A DNA stretch of 64,000 nt from a virus (Duplodnaviria > Caudoviricetes). Under the pieces are notes generated by a model. It was given only the letters and a program-made list of their open reading frames with translations. It searched no databases and had not been told where the DNA came from. Positions 8,206-17,795 of this stretch are shown here, piece after piece. A program made the translations under genes and the position numbers. The stretch's first letter is position 1, and each line of letters starts with the position of its first letter. The stretch is from the IMG/VR virus record IMGVR_UViG_3300005973_000002. One strand, written 5' to 3'.

Positions 8206-8926
8206 CAACATATCTCCACATAAAACCACCAGCTTGTTTCCTGTACTTTTTGTTTCTGGCAGCACAGCTAATGTTTCTAATTCCCAAGTCTTTTTGAGCT
8301 TTATCAACACTTTCCCAAATTTGGATCATTTCACCGTCTAAAGTCATTTGCATTACTTTTTTCTTGTTCCAAGCTGATTTTCCTCTACGAGCTTTAGAAA
8401 TCTTCTGCTTTTGTGCTTCTGTACAAGGTTTTCCAAGTCTTCTGGTGTTACCTATAAGTGACTTGGAAATATTTTTCTTGTGTACAGAAGTTAATTTTCG
8501 ACCCTTATGCTGTCTAGCAACTTGTGCTATTTTTTGCTTCGCCTTCTCACTGTGCTTATAACCGTGAGATCCAACCTCTCCTCCAGAAGTGACATTTGTT
8601 AAATCACAACCTTTGTCTTTGAAATATTGAATCCAATACCGCTCTCGTTCTGTCAACAAACTTTCTTCACATTTTTCAATGGCAATTATCCTCAGTTTGG
8701 AGAGCAATCCTTTTCTCTCCAATAATCGCAACCAATTATTCTTATGCGAGTTATTCTTGTTCCTTCGATGCTTATGCTTAGAGAGTCTAACGTTTAGCTT
8801 TGATACAGTTTTACCAACATATCTGACCTCATTAGTCATTGGGCATACGAGCGAGTAGACGCAGCCTTTTCTTCCAGTTTTCTGGCTGTTTTTCTTGGAT
8901 GAATTTAACGAAACTTTCATAATCAT
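8192..8926 (-). mobile_element. GIY-YIG homing endonuclease with NUMOD3/NUMOD1-type DNA-binding modules
   Basis: GCVYSLVCP...YVGKT, RLSKH, ERERYWI, CDLTN, GGE; HSEKAKQKI repeats; C-terminal KKVMQMTLDGE...AGGFMWRY. Confidence 0.9.
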
Positions 8927-9779
8927 CTTTTAAATATGAATCTTCACGGAAAGTTGCTATTTCATATTCATTGCCCTCAGGGGTTATAACATTGATAACA
9001 CCAAATGCCTTCCCAACTTCCATTGTTTTGTACTCTGGGAATTTCCTGATTATTTCAAGAATGCGATTAGGATTAGCATCTGTGGCCACATCATAATCCT
9101 TAGGTTCTTTACCCAGCAATGCATCCCGTACTGCTCCACCTACAACGTAAAGTTGATGTCCAGCTTTTGAAAAGATTTGTGATAATCTTTGAATGTCAGC
9201 AGGTATTTTCATATTAAAGGGCTTTCGCACTGATTCAACTAAGAAATTGAAATTTTCATTTAAAATTTCATCAATAAGCCATTTAACGCTTTCGTTTTTA
9301 GCCTCAGTTTCTTGGTTGTCTTTTTTTGGCACCTGATCCAGTGGCGAAGGTTGCTTTTTCTGCAAATATTTTTTAAACTTGCGCTCCCGTTTTTTGCGAG
9401 GTACAGTGTAATGTTTTTTTAACAACTGATCAATGGTAGATTGGTACCAGCGCTTTGCCTGTCCAGCAAGTTTGTTGTCATCTACAAAATGATCAATATA
9501 AAGACGCACTCCGTGCGTATCACCGGATTGACGTGGGTCCATATCTGGATCCATTTTAAGCAAGCCTGACAACTGGTCGAGTTTCTTGGTTGGAGAGTAT
9601 CCTCCCCTGACTGATGACACGGAAAACTTAGCAAGTTTAGTCAAATCATCATGAATTTCGGGAAAATTTTTCTTCATGTGATTAACGTAATCTTGCGATA
9701 GCTCCTCACGGTGTTCGAGCATGACTTCATCAAGCACTTCCTCAATCAAATATACAAGGTCTTTCTTTTTCATGGACAT
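8832..9779 (-). CDS. cca: CCA-adding enzyme, N-terminal piece with a roughly 180-aa N-terminal extension
   Basis: LYVVGGAVRDALLG..PKDYDVAT (motif A), VGKAFGV, EIATFREDSYLKD, then a 30-aa unrelated tail and stop. Confidence 0.9.
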   Translation of the reverse strand: MSMKKKDLVYLIEEVLDEVMLEHREELSQDYVNHMKKNFPEIHDDLTKLAKFSVSSVRGGYSPTKKLDQLSGLLKMDPDMDPRQSGDTHGVRLYIDHFVDDNKLAGQAKRWYQSTIDQLLKKHYTVPRKKRERKFKKYLQKKQPSPLDQVPKKDNQETEAKNESVKWLIDEILNENFNFLVESVRKPFNMKIPADIQRLSQIFSKAGHQLYVVGGAVRDALLGKEPKDYDVATDANPNRILEIIRKFPEYKTMEVGKAFGVINVITPEGNEYEIATFREDSYLKDDYESFVKFIQEKQPENWKKRLRLLARMPND

Positions 9780-9808
9780 AACTAAATATTATTTCTAAAA
9801 CTAACAAC

Positions 9809-10120
9809 ATGAATGATTGGATTAAAACTGAAGACGGCAAAAAAATTAAAACATTATATAATGGAAAAATTGCCGTTGTTGGACCAGAAGATACATCTAG
9901 TATTGTTCCTTTGTTTTGTTCTTGTTGTAATTTTCCAATGAGAACTACTGATGATAGTGTCAGTTATCGTAAATATGGCGTTTGTAGCAAATGCGATAAT
10001 CGTTGGACTTCAAAACCTGGGGTGACGTGGCCTGAAGGACCTGATAAATCATCTGTGGACTGGCGAGAATATCTTGAACACAGACTGATACTTGAAAAAC
10101 CTGTAATAAACTTCAAATAA
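9809..10120 (+). CDS. Hypothetical protein with CxxC pairs
   Basis: CSCC and CSKC; 103 aa. Confidence 0.7.
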   Translation: MNDWIKTEDGKKIKTLYNGKIAVVGPEDTSSIVPLFCSCCNFPMRTTDDSVSYRKYGVCSKCDNRWTSKPGVTWPEGPDKSSVDWREYLEHRLILEKPVINFK

Positions 10121-10171
10121 TAAAACTACTTGTATGTCACGCTCTAATTATCTTGAGCCAAGGATATAAAG

Positions 10172-10570
10172 ATGGAAACCGATTACAAGAAACTTCTTAG
10201 AATCTCACAAGTTCTCAATAACACATTTGGTACTGATGGACCTGGATACCAACATATAAGCGGAATGAATGTCAGGCTTGATCCAATCGACAGCGGGCTA
10301 CTGAAAGCACGTTGTATTATGACCGTTACTTTTCGTTCCGATCAAATGATGAGAGAAAGACTTCGCAAACACAGAGATGAAGCTGTTGCTATGATCAAAG
10401 GAGCACTTGATCGCTTCAAAGACGATTATCAAGCTCGATTTGACGAGGAAATAAGTTACGAAATGGATGATAAAGCTCTTGAAGAGAGCACAGAGTTTAT
10501 TCATGTTTCCCAATACACAGCTTTGAGTCGGGCTTTTTATAGAGTTAATACTCTAGTACGAATAAAATAA
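10172..10570 (+). CDS. Hypothetical protein
   Basis: 132 aa; SD AAGGA. Confidence 0.75.
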   Translation: METDYKKLLRISQVLNNTFGTDGPGYQHISGMNVRLDPIDSGLLKARCIMTVTFRSDQMMRERLRKHRDEAVAMIKGALDRFKDDYQARFDEEISYEMDDKALEESTEFIHVSQYTALSRAFYRVNTLVRIK

Positions 10571-10581
10571 TTTCCAATGGT

Positions 10582-11361
10582 ATGAATAACCAAATTTATA
10601 AAAAATGTCAAAAGGATTTTGAATTCTACTGTGAATACTCACTGAGTATCGAATCACCGATTTATGGCGAAGTGCCATTTAAAATAGGCGAAGTGCCATT
10701 TAAACTATTTGATTACCAAAAATATGTTTCCAGACTCTTAGATAATAAGAAAAAAATGGTGGTTGTTACACCTAGGCAAATGGGTTTTACCAGTTTAGTT
10801 GCTGCTCGCTGCTTTTGGGAAATACAGTCTAAACCTAATATAAATGTGTTGGTTGTTGTACCAGGACATCACATGGTTAAATATTTTATGTCCATAATTG
10901 ATCGTTGGATCTCATACGGGAAGTATTTCAAACAAAGTCCTAACGGTCATTGGTCTACAAAAGTTGGAGAAATCAAATGTATTGCCAACAACAGCACCTT
11001 AACATGTCATTCTTCAATATCGACATTTCATAATATTCGTGGAAAATCTATTGACATACTGGTGCTGCTTGATTTTGCCTGGTGTGATACCGCACAGGAA
11101 ATAATAAAAACATTATTTCCGGCGTTGACGCCAAGTTCTAAAGTTTTGATGGTTTCTACACCTGCAAATACTTCCAAGGTGGAATCAGCAAAAGTCTTCA
11201 AAGAATTTTATTTCGATGCCCAAAAGGGCAAAAATGATTTTTATCCATACCGAGTGCCCTGGTGGTCCAAACCAGGGCATAGTATAAATAAGTTCGCCGA
11301 TATCGTTAGTAACTTTAGCATTAATGATTATGATTATGAAATCTTAGCAAAGTTTGACTAA
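10582..11361 (+). CDS. Truncated, degenerate terminase large-subunit ATPase-domain paralog
   Basis: FKLFDYQ (Q motif), TPRQMGFTS, RGKSIDILVLLDFAW, LMVSTP; no nuclease domain; 259 aa. Confidence 0.8.
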   Translation: MNNQIYKKCQKDFEFYCEYSLSIESPIYGEVPFKIGEVPFKLFDYQKYVSRLLDNKKKMVVVTPRQMGFTSLVAARCFWEIQSKPNINVLVVVPGHHMVKYFMSIIDRWISYGKYFKQSPNGHWSTKVGEIKCIANNSTLTCHSSISTFHNIRGKSIDILVLLDFAWCDTAQEIIKTLFPALTPSSKVLMVSTPANTSKVESAKVFKEFYFDAQKGKNDFYPYRVPWWSKPGHSINKFADIVSNFSINDYDYEILAKFD

Positions 11362-11364
11362 AAT

Positions 11365-11387
11365 CTCAAGTCACATACTTACTTGAG
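11365..11387 (+). promoter_or_regulatory. Hairpin containing a TACTTAC motif just before the terminase start
   Basis: CTCAAGT(11365-71)/ACTTGAG(11381-87) 7-bp stem; motif at 11376-82; ATG at 11390. Confidence 0.55.
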
Positions 11388-11389
11388 TA

Positions 11390-13081
11390 ATGCCAAGGAG
11401 AAAAAATCACAAAGGAAAGAGCAAGGCTCCTTCCAAAAAGATACAAATGCAAGAAATTGTGAAGTGTGGCTCAGATGCTGCTTACTTCATCAATAATTAT
11501 GTAAAAATCCCACATCCAATTAAGGGAATGATTCCCTTTAAGACATACCCATTCCAGGATGACTGTTTAAAAGCATTTCAACAAAATAAAAACGTAATTG
11601 TAAACAAAAGTCGTCAGTTAGGATTATCAACAATTGTAGCTGCTTATTCTCTTTGGATGGCTCTTTTCCAAAAGGAAAAGAGCATTCTTGTTATTGCTAT
11701 TAAACTTGAGACGGCAAAACTTTTCATCAAAAAGGTTGAGGCTATGCTTGCCGGTTTGCCGGATTGGCTTGTTATGCCACAAATCCGAGCACAATCCGTT
11801 AGATATATCATCTTCTCTAACGGTAGTAAAATTCAAGCAATTCCAACATCTCCTGGAGCTGGTCGTGGTGAAGCCCTTTCTTTACTCATTGTCGATGAAG
11901 CTGCGCACGTTGAAGGAATTGATGATATTTGGCTTGGTCTACAACCAACGCTTTCTACTGGTGGTTCATCTATCTTGATTTCAACACCTTCTGGTGTTGG
12001 TACTCTGTTCCACAAAATTTGGACAGCCTCTAAAGAGGAGAGAAATGATTTCCACGCTATCGAACTTCCTTGGACTGTTCACCCTGAACGAGATCAAGAA
12101 TGGTTCGAAGAGCAAAGAAGAGGCATTATTGAAGCACACGGAGAGCGTGGCGTAGCTCAAGAACTTCTATGTTCCTTTGCAGCATCAGGTGACACGTTTC
12201 TTAGAAGCGATGTCATGGAAAAAATATATGTTGACATCAAAGACCCAATTTCTTATTGGGGGCCAGAAGGTGTTGCCAAAAAAGATACGTGGATTTGGAA
12301 GCATCCAGTAACAAATCACAAATATGTAATTGCTGCTGACGTAGCAAGGGGCGATGGCGAAGATTTTTCAGCGTTTCATGTCATTGATATAGATGCGGAT
12401 GAGGTTGTAGCTGAATTCAAAGGTAAAGTTGCACCGGATAAATTAGCAGAAATGCTTGTACAAGTTGGCATGAGATATAACATGGCAATGATCTGTCCTG
12501 AGAAGAACTCTATTGGCATCGGTTGCGTTCTTAAATTAAAAGAACTCAACTATCCGAATCTTTATTATGACAAATTACACAAGAATATTTACATGGTTTA
12601 TTCGACTATGGACACTGAAAACGAAATACCAGGCTTTGATACAAACCCTAAAACTCGTATAGAAGCACTTGTAAAACTTGAAGATGTACTAAGAAACAGA
12701 AGACTTAAAACATATTCTAAACGTCTCTATGAGGAACTCCAAACCTTCATCTGGAAAGGTAATAAGCCAATGGCGCAAAAGGGCTATCATGACGACCTTG
12801 TTATGGCTCTTGCTATTGGTAATTCTTTATATGAAGCTAGTGGTACAAACACTTATAGTAACGACGATTTAGCCAAAGCCATGATCGCAGGTATGTCTGT
12901 AGCACACAACTCTATGGATTCAAACCCAACTCCAAATTCAACTCCGATGCCACCAGTTATGACCGACGGTTCTCTTTCCAGTTTTCTCGATCAAGCGAGA
13001 GCAAAATCTATGCGAAACTCCAAAATTCAAAATTATAACGATCCGTACTGGCAGCAATTTAATTGGCTTTGGAAAGATTGA
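11390..13081 (+). CDS. terL: Terminase large subunit (T4 gp17-like)
   Basis: YPFQ, KSRQLGLST, LLIVDEAAH, ISTP; nuclease motifs IAADVARG and YHDDLVMALA. Confidence 0.95.
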   Translation: MPRRKNHKGKSKAPSKKIQMQEIVKCGSDAAYFINNYVKIPHPIKGMIPFKTYPFQDDCLKAFQQNKNVIVNKSRQLGLSTIVAAYSLWMALFQKEKSILVIAIKLETAKLFIKKVEAMLAGLPDWLVMPQIRAQSVRYIIFSNGSKIQAIPTSPGAGRGEALSLLIVDEAAHVEGIDDIWLGLQPTLSTGGSSILISTPSGVGTLFHKIWTASKEERNDFHAIELPWTVHPERDQEWFEEQRRGIIEAHGERGVAQELLCSFAASGDTFLRSDVMEKIYVDIKDPISYWGPEGVAKKDTWIWKHPVTNHKYVIAADVARGDGEDFSAFHVIDIDADEVVAEFKGKVAPDKLAEMLVQVGMRYNMAMICPEKNSIGIGCVLKLKELNYPNLYYDKLHKNIYMVYSTMDTENEIPGFDTNPKTRIEALVKLEDVLRNRRLKTYSKRLYEELQTFIWKGNKPMAQKGYHDDLVMALAIGNSLYEASGTNTYSNDDLAKAMIAGMSVAHNSMDSNPTPNSTPMPPVMTDGSLSSFLDQARAKSMRNSKIQNYNDPYWQQFNWLWKD

Positions 13082-13109
13082 ACCAGGTTAGGATATTTAA
13101 GAATAAACA

Positions 13110-14110
13110 ATGTCAAACTATATCTTTTCAGCATCATTATCGCCAGGCAATGGAGCCGACGCTTTTTTCTTTTAAAAGAAACGTTAGTTGCTGCTGGTTT
13201 TACTGTTCCATCATCAAGCGATGGTTCTTCCCTTTCGGCTGGCGATATTATTAACACTTCTGCGGACTTAAATAACAACAATGCTTGGTTCATTGTTCGT
13301 CAGCCACAAAGTGCTACTTCGTCTCATGGCGGTGTACAGCGAGAATATGCTTTTCAACGTGGAACAACTTCAAGAACCTGGAGAGCAAAATATTCTTATA
13401 GCGCAAGTTTCACAGGTAGTGCTAATGCTACAACAATGCCTACTGCTGCTGATGAAGTACGTTTAATCGGCTCTGAGCTTCCTTCATTTGCATTTGACTC
13501 TAATACACTTTTAACAGATGGCACCTATAGACTTAATATTGCTGTTGATCAAGAACCGCCACATTCGTTTTACTGGGTTACCTTTCCTAATGGTGGTGGC
13601 GATCCAGGCAACTGTTTATTAGTTGATGGAATGCTTAGCGGTACTTTTGCGCCAGGCGACAATGATCCATATGTGCAATATTGGGCTGATATTAGTGTAT
13701 TAAGCGGCGAGGTATCAACAGGAGGACCTGCTCTTTCCATAACAGCTTCAGCCATTACAAGCCCGGCATGTTGGACTCGCAAGGGTGAGTCTGATGAAGT
13801 TTATGGTGGAATAGGACTGCTGATATATACTCTGTACGATACCCTTCAGCGTGAATTTGTTGACGGCTGTGGAACAACAAATGGTCATAATGGTAAAGAT
13901 GATCTTTTGCCAGCAATATGGTTTAGATCAGCTAATTCAAACCCGACGGGACCTGGTGGTTACAAAGGCGTTAGTTCATTACTTAAAATTCCATCTGGTC
14001 CAGATCGATCAACCGGGGACACCTATTCAACCACAGCGTCCGGCTCAAAAGACTTTATAAGATTAGGTGATATGGCATTGCCTTGGAACGGAACTGATCC
14101 AACAATATAA
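13110..14110 (+). CDS. Probable virion structural protein, joined across a -1 frameshift
   Basis: ATG 13110 gives MSNYIFSASLSPGNGADAFF then TAA; the -1 frame continues LLKETLVAAGFTVPSSSDG... into ORF 13436; Gly/Ser/Thr-rich; TATTTAA at 13094. Confidence 0.6.
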
Positions 14111-14118
14111 TTTAAACT

Positions 14119-14373
14119 ATGGCAAATTTTGATAGCGCAGAACCGGTTAGTAGCTCTCTTTCTTTGATATTGTCAAGTGACAATACTAAAGCAAATACCG
14201 GAATTGGAGGTAATACCTTTGCCAAATTCGAAGTTATAACTCAGGAAGTTCAAGTAGGTGGAGGTACAACACTGACGCCCATCTATCGAGGGCTTGTAGG
14301 AAGTAACTACGTAATTTCCCTGGGATCTCCACCAGTTGGAGCCACATTTGTTACCATTGTTGGATTCCAATGA
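14119..14373 (+). CDS. Hypothetical small structural-like protein
   Basis: 84 aa, Gly/Ser/Thr-rich. Confidence 0.65.
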   Translation: MANFDSAEPVSSSLSLILSSDNTKANTGIGGNTFAKFEVITQEVQVGGGTTLTPIYRGLVGSNYVISLGSPPVGATFVTIVGFQ

Positions 14374-14630
14374 TCCAAAAGTGATCTAGTTTCAATTACT
14401 TAGAAAACCACAAGGTATCCATTTCAATTTCTGTTAATTAAACTCAAGATCGTTCGTCAATTCGTTCGAATCGAACTTATAGACAGAACTCCTCTGCCAA
14501 GTCAGAGTATTTCTTAGTCTAATCGAACTATAGCCGATCAATCTTTCGTTTTAAATCTTAATTTATTAATTTAACAAGTTTAAATTAAACTATAGATCTA
14601 CTGGAGGTAGGAATTCCAGGTTCAAATTCA
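14374..14630. other. Non-coding AT-rich region with short direct repeats; candidate replication origin
   Basis: TCGTTCG x2 (14450, 14462); AATCGAACT(T)ATAG x2 (14469, 14521); AACTATAG again near 14588; AT-rich tract about 14548-14590. Confidence 0.35.
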
Positions 14631-14632
14631 GG

Positions 14633-14661
14633 TTGAATTGCTCATAACACTATGGTATCAT
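14633..14661 (+). promoter_or_regulatory. Sigma70-type promoter
   Basis: TTGAAT-17 nt-TATCAT. Confidence 0.55.
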
Positions 14662-14667
14662 GCCTTC

Positions 14668-14883
14668 ATGAACAAAACTGGAGAAGTTTGGCTATGTCCA
14701 GCTTGTGAGACCAATGCTAGATCTTGCAGGATCTGTGATGGATCTGGATTTTTAACTAATCTGGAATTCCTTCATTATGAAGCAAGCAAGTTACCTAAAC
14801 AGGCAAACAAACTGAGCAACTCTTGTAATGAGAAACAAACTCTACTTACACTAGACTTGTCTGAATTCGAAAGCGAGAAATAA
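14668..14883 (+). CDS. Small zinc-finger protein
   Basis: CPAC...CRICDGSG (DnaJ-like Zn motif); start moved to ATG 14668. Confidence 0.65.
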   Translation: MNKTGEVWLCPACETNARSCRICDGSGFLTNLEFLHYEASKLPKQANKLSNSCNEKQTLLTLDLSEFESEK

Positions 14884-14887
14884 ACTT

Positions 14888-15778
14888 ATGACGATGAAAG
14901 TTCAGGAACATACCATCCAGGTGGAACGTAAGGATCATCCAAATGCAACACGATATCCTTGCCGTTCAACTCATGAAGTCCTTGAGGCAGGTAGAAAACT
15001 TCTAACCTCCCTTCCCCCAGCTGATCTTGATCTTTTGTCTGAAAGACAGCTCATCGTTGATGAAGAAGATACTGAAGAACTCTTTGATGAATTCAAAGAG
15101 AATGACATTATCGGATTGGGAGTTGTAAAGCCTGATGGATTCTACGCAAATACCTACAGAATTGAAAAGATCCACAAGGGTGAAGATTGGATGGAATGCG
15201 AAAACGCCTATACTAAGTTAACTGAAGAAATTTCTTTTCAGGACGTTTCCGTTGGAATGGCTCTGGGCTTTGCAGAGATCCTTTATAGGGATGACAAACC
15301 TTTTGGTGTTTCCAGCCATTATGACTTCACCATCAAGTACGAAGTCGATGAGGTTGAAGATGAAGAAGAAGACAACTCCGGAAATAGTACCGCTTCGGCT
15401 GGAAGACATGACGGAAGCGCAGATGCGAAACGTGAAGGCACTGTTGAACGAATCGAAGAAAATTCTACAACGTCCGAGACTTCGAAAGAGGTATCTGAAA
15501 GTGCTATTGAACCTTCGCTTGACTTCAACGAATGTTGCTATGCTTTTGGATTCGACGCATCCACAATGACACATTATGTGGTAATAACGCCAATCAAATT
15601 GTGGAATGACGAGAATTTGATTTGCAACCAAGGATCAGCTGATCACTTAGCCAAAAAGCTTGGTTTACTTCCTTTCAAGGAAAGCATGTACGAATATGAA
15701 CATCAGTATAATGAATCACAACTTCGACAGCTTATGACAGCTTTTAGAGCACAAGAAATCACTGCTCTAATTGCATAA
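14888..15778 (+). CDS. Acidic hypothetical protein
   Basis: 296-aa ORF. Confidence 0.8.
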   Translation: MTMKVQEHTIQVERKDHPNATRYPCRSTHEVLEAGRKLLTSLPPADLDLLSERQLIVDEEDTEELFDEFKENDIIGLGVVKPDGFYANTYRIEKIHKGEDWMECENAYTKLTEEISFQDVSVGMALGFAEILYRDDKPFGVSSHYDFTIKYEVDEVEDEEEDNSGNSTASAGRHDGSADAKREGTVERIEENSTTSETSKEVSESAIEPSLDFNECCYAFGFDASTMTHYVVITPIKLWNDENLICNQGSADHLAKKLGLLPFKESMYEYEHQYNESQLRQLMTAFRAQEITALIA

Positions 15779-15851
15779 TATGTCTCGAAATTTGGTAACT
15801 CAGTGCAAGTATTCGAAAATGGTGCTATCCTGAATTGTACAGGAGATAAAA

Positions 15852-16304
15852 ATGACAGAACGTAAAGTTGTAATCATGCGTGGTCCATCCGGTTCAGGAA
15901 AGTCCACCTACATCAAATCTCATCTGCCCAATGCATATGTGTGCTCGGCAGATCACTTTTTCTATGATGACGAGGGCAATTACTCGTTTGATCCGAGTAA
16001 GCTCGGTGCAGCACACGAGACATGCAAGCGCAAGTTCAAAAAGGCTCTACAACAAGGTAAGTCGCTCGTCGTCGTCGACAATACCAACACGAAGATGTGG
16101 GAAATGAAGCCCTACATCATGGCAGCCAAGAGCGCAGGATACGAAATCGAATTCGTGAGGCTTAATACGCCCGCTGATGTGGCTGCATCCCGAAACGTTC
16201 ATGGTGTACCGCTTGACGCTGTAAAGCGTATGGCTGACCGAATGCAAGATCTTCCACCCGACCTAGCACGCAAGGAAAAGGTTGTGGAAGGTGTCAGTCA
16301 ATAA
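15852..16304 (+). CDS. P-loop kinase (AAA_33 / polynucleotide kinase-like)
   Basis: MRGPSGSGKST, SADHFF, VVVDNTN, RNVHGVP; SD AGGAG. Confidence 0.9.
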   Translation: MTERKVVIMRGPSGSGKSTYIKSHLPNAYVCSADHFFYDDEGNYSFDPSKLGAAHETCKRKFKKALQQGKSLVVVDNTNTKMWEMKPYIMAAKSAGYEIEFVRLNTPADVAASRNVHGVPLDAVKRMADRMQDLPPDLARKEKVVEGVSQ

Positions 16305-16599
16305 TAACGTGCTCAAAGAAATAAGACGCTTGAGTCAAAGTATTAGATCCTATCTTGGTCAGATGCTTTGGTACAAGTGTATTGAATACGATAGCAAGTT
16401 TAATATGTTTGCATTGCTTTGGAAGCCTGTAATGATTGTCTCGGTATCCGAAGTTTGTTTAGGTGAACAACCCTATTTTATAACAATAGTTTTCTATCTC
16501 GATGGGGAAATAAAAAAGTTGCGAGTATTCAGTAATCATCAATTTCACAGTTATTTCAAAATAGATGACCCTCGAAGAGAGACAAAAGTTCTTAAATGA
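16282..16599 (+). CDS. Hypothetical protein (paralog family with 16809 and 17086)
   Basis: KPVMIVSV...IVFYLDGE matches the neighbours; start uncertain. Confidence 0.6.
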   Translation: MWKVSVNNNVLKEIRRLSQSIRSYLGQMLWYKCIEYDSKFNMFALLWKPVMIVSVSEVCLGEQPYFITIVFYLDGEIKKLRVFSNHQFHSYFKIDDPRRETKVLK

Positions 16600-16819
16600 A
16601 CATTACACTGGTCGATTAGTTCAGCTTCCCAACAACATTGGGCTTACTACGAAATTCAAAATCGCAAGAGAAAATCTAATTTACGTCGGAATACTCATAA
16701 AAGAAAAAGTTTCTATAAGAAGATGGCAAGGTGACACTACTTCACTTGTGAAGTGGATAAATGAAAAATCTAATGAAATTCAGAACAAAGAGAACAAAGC
16801 AAAAGAAAATGGGAGCTGA
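16565..16819 (+). CDS. Hypothetical protein
   Basis: 84 aa, overlapping both neighbours. Confidence 0.55.
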   Translation: MTLEERQKFLNEHYTGRLVQLPNNIGLTTKFKIARENLIYVGILIKEKVSIRRWQGDTTSLVKWINEKSNEIQNKENKAKENGS

Positions 16820-17102
16820 CACTCGTAGCTCAGACCTTTATTTTGAAGCCTTCTCTTATGTCATGAAAAATGTCGTGGGCGGTCTTTATTTTAAAAATGG
16901 CAAACCTGTACTGATTTCCAGTGTAGAAGTTATCGACTCTTATAACAAAAGAGTAGAAATACATTATCTTATTGACTCAAAAACTAATGATTGCACCGTT
17001 GACTCAATAGATGAATTTCATAATATGTTCCTAACAAAAGAAGAATACGAAAAACGACAAAGTGCGCTAAAAATATTTGGATTTGATGAAGAAACCGAAT
17101 GA
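16809..17102 (+). CDS. Hypothetical protein (paralog family)
   Basis: LYFEAF..VVGG..KPVLISSV..YLIDSK..LTKEEYEKR. Confidence 0.7.
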   Translation: MGADTRSSDLYFEAFSYVMKNVVGGLYFKNGKPVLISSVEVIDSYNKRVEIHYLIDSKTNDCTVDSIDEFHNMFLTKEEYEKRQSALKIFGFDEETE

Positions 17103-17469
17103 AATAAAACCGATTAAAGATATCGATAAGATATACTTCAATGCTGTTCAAGAAGCATTAAATGAGCTTGTCGGACAAGTTATGCACCGACGTAGCAACG
17201 ATTACGAGCCCTTGCTGATAGTTTCAGCAAAAGTTGAAAGTCTTGGCCGAAAAGATCTTTTGAAAATTGAGCTTTTGATAGATGAGAAAGTTCACAAGGT
17301 TTCTTACGAAAACTGGAAAAGTTTAAGAAAAGACCTCATTACTAATGAAGAATATGAAGCTCGAAAAGATGGAATTGAAGCCTTGCAGAGAATGCGAGAA
17401 GCTTTTAAAAAAGTTTCAATGAAACGATTAGGTCGACGACCTTCTAAACAACACATTAGATATAAATGA
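17086..17469 (+). CDS. Hypothetical protein (paralog family)
   Basis: IYFNAV..LVGQ..EPLLIVSA..LLIDEK..ITNEEYEAR. Confidence 0.7.
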   Translation: MKKPNEIKPIKDIDKIYFNAVQEALNELVGQVMHRRSNDYEPLLIVSAKVESLGRKDLLKIELLIDEKVHKVSYENWKSLRKDLITNEEYEARKDGIEALQRMREAFKKVSMKRLGRRPSKQHIRYK

Positions 17470-17744
17470 ATGCTTCCCTTTCAGTAGTAAAACCACATAT
17501 TGGAAAATTATTTAGAGCAAACACTAAATTAAGTTCGATATTTGCTCATACGACATCTGTTGTAAAGACAGTGCCTAAAGATGCTGTGTTGTTGTTGTAC
17601 AGTGTTGAAGACCTTGGAGTTGTAACATATGAATTGCCCAACCAAATAGTTTGTCATTTTATTTACCAAGACTGTCGCTTTGTTGAAGTATTTAAACATA
17701 GTGGTGACTTATTTGACAAAATGTGCCTTATCAACAATGACTAA
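17466..17744 (+). CDS. Hypothetical protein
   Basis: 92 aa; stop and start overlap with the upstream gene. Confidence 0.6.
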   Translation: MNASLSVVKPHIGKLFRANTKLSSIFAHTTSVVKTVPKDAVLLLYSVEDLGVVTYELPNQIVCHFIYQDCRFVEVFKHSGDLFDKMCLINND

Positions 17745-17795
17745 AGCTATTGAGGTTTACAAAAAAACCAAGCTCTATATAATAAGAAGATGTTC

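Noticed and set aside
7843-8924. Canonical group I or group II intron in the CCA gene
   Set aside because: I found no P7 (R/S) core motifs or domain V, and the non-endonuclease part is an open, protein-like frame with its own SD. Only non-canonical splicing is kept as an alternative.
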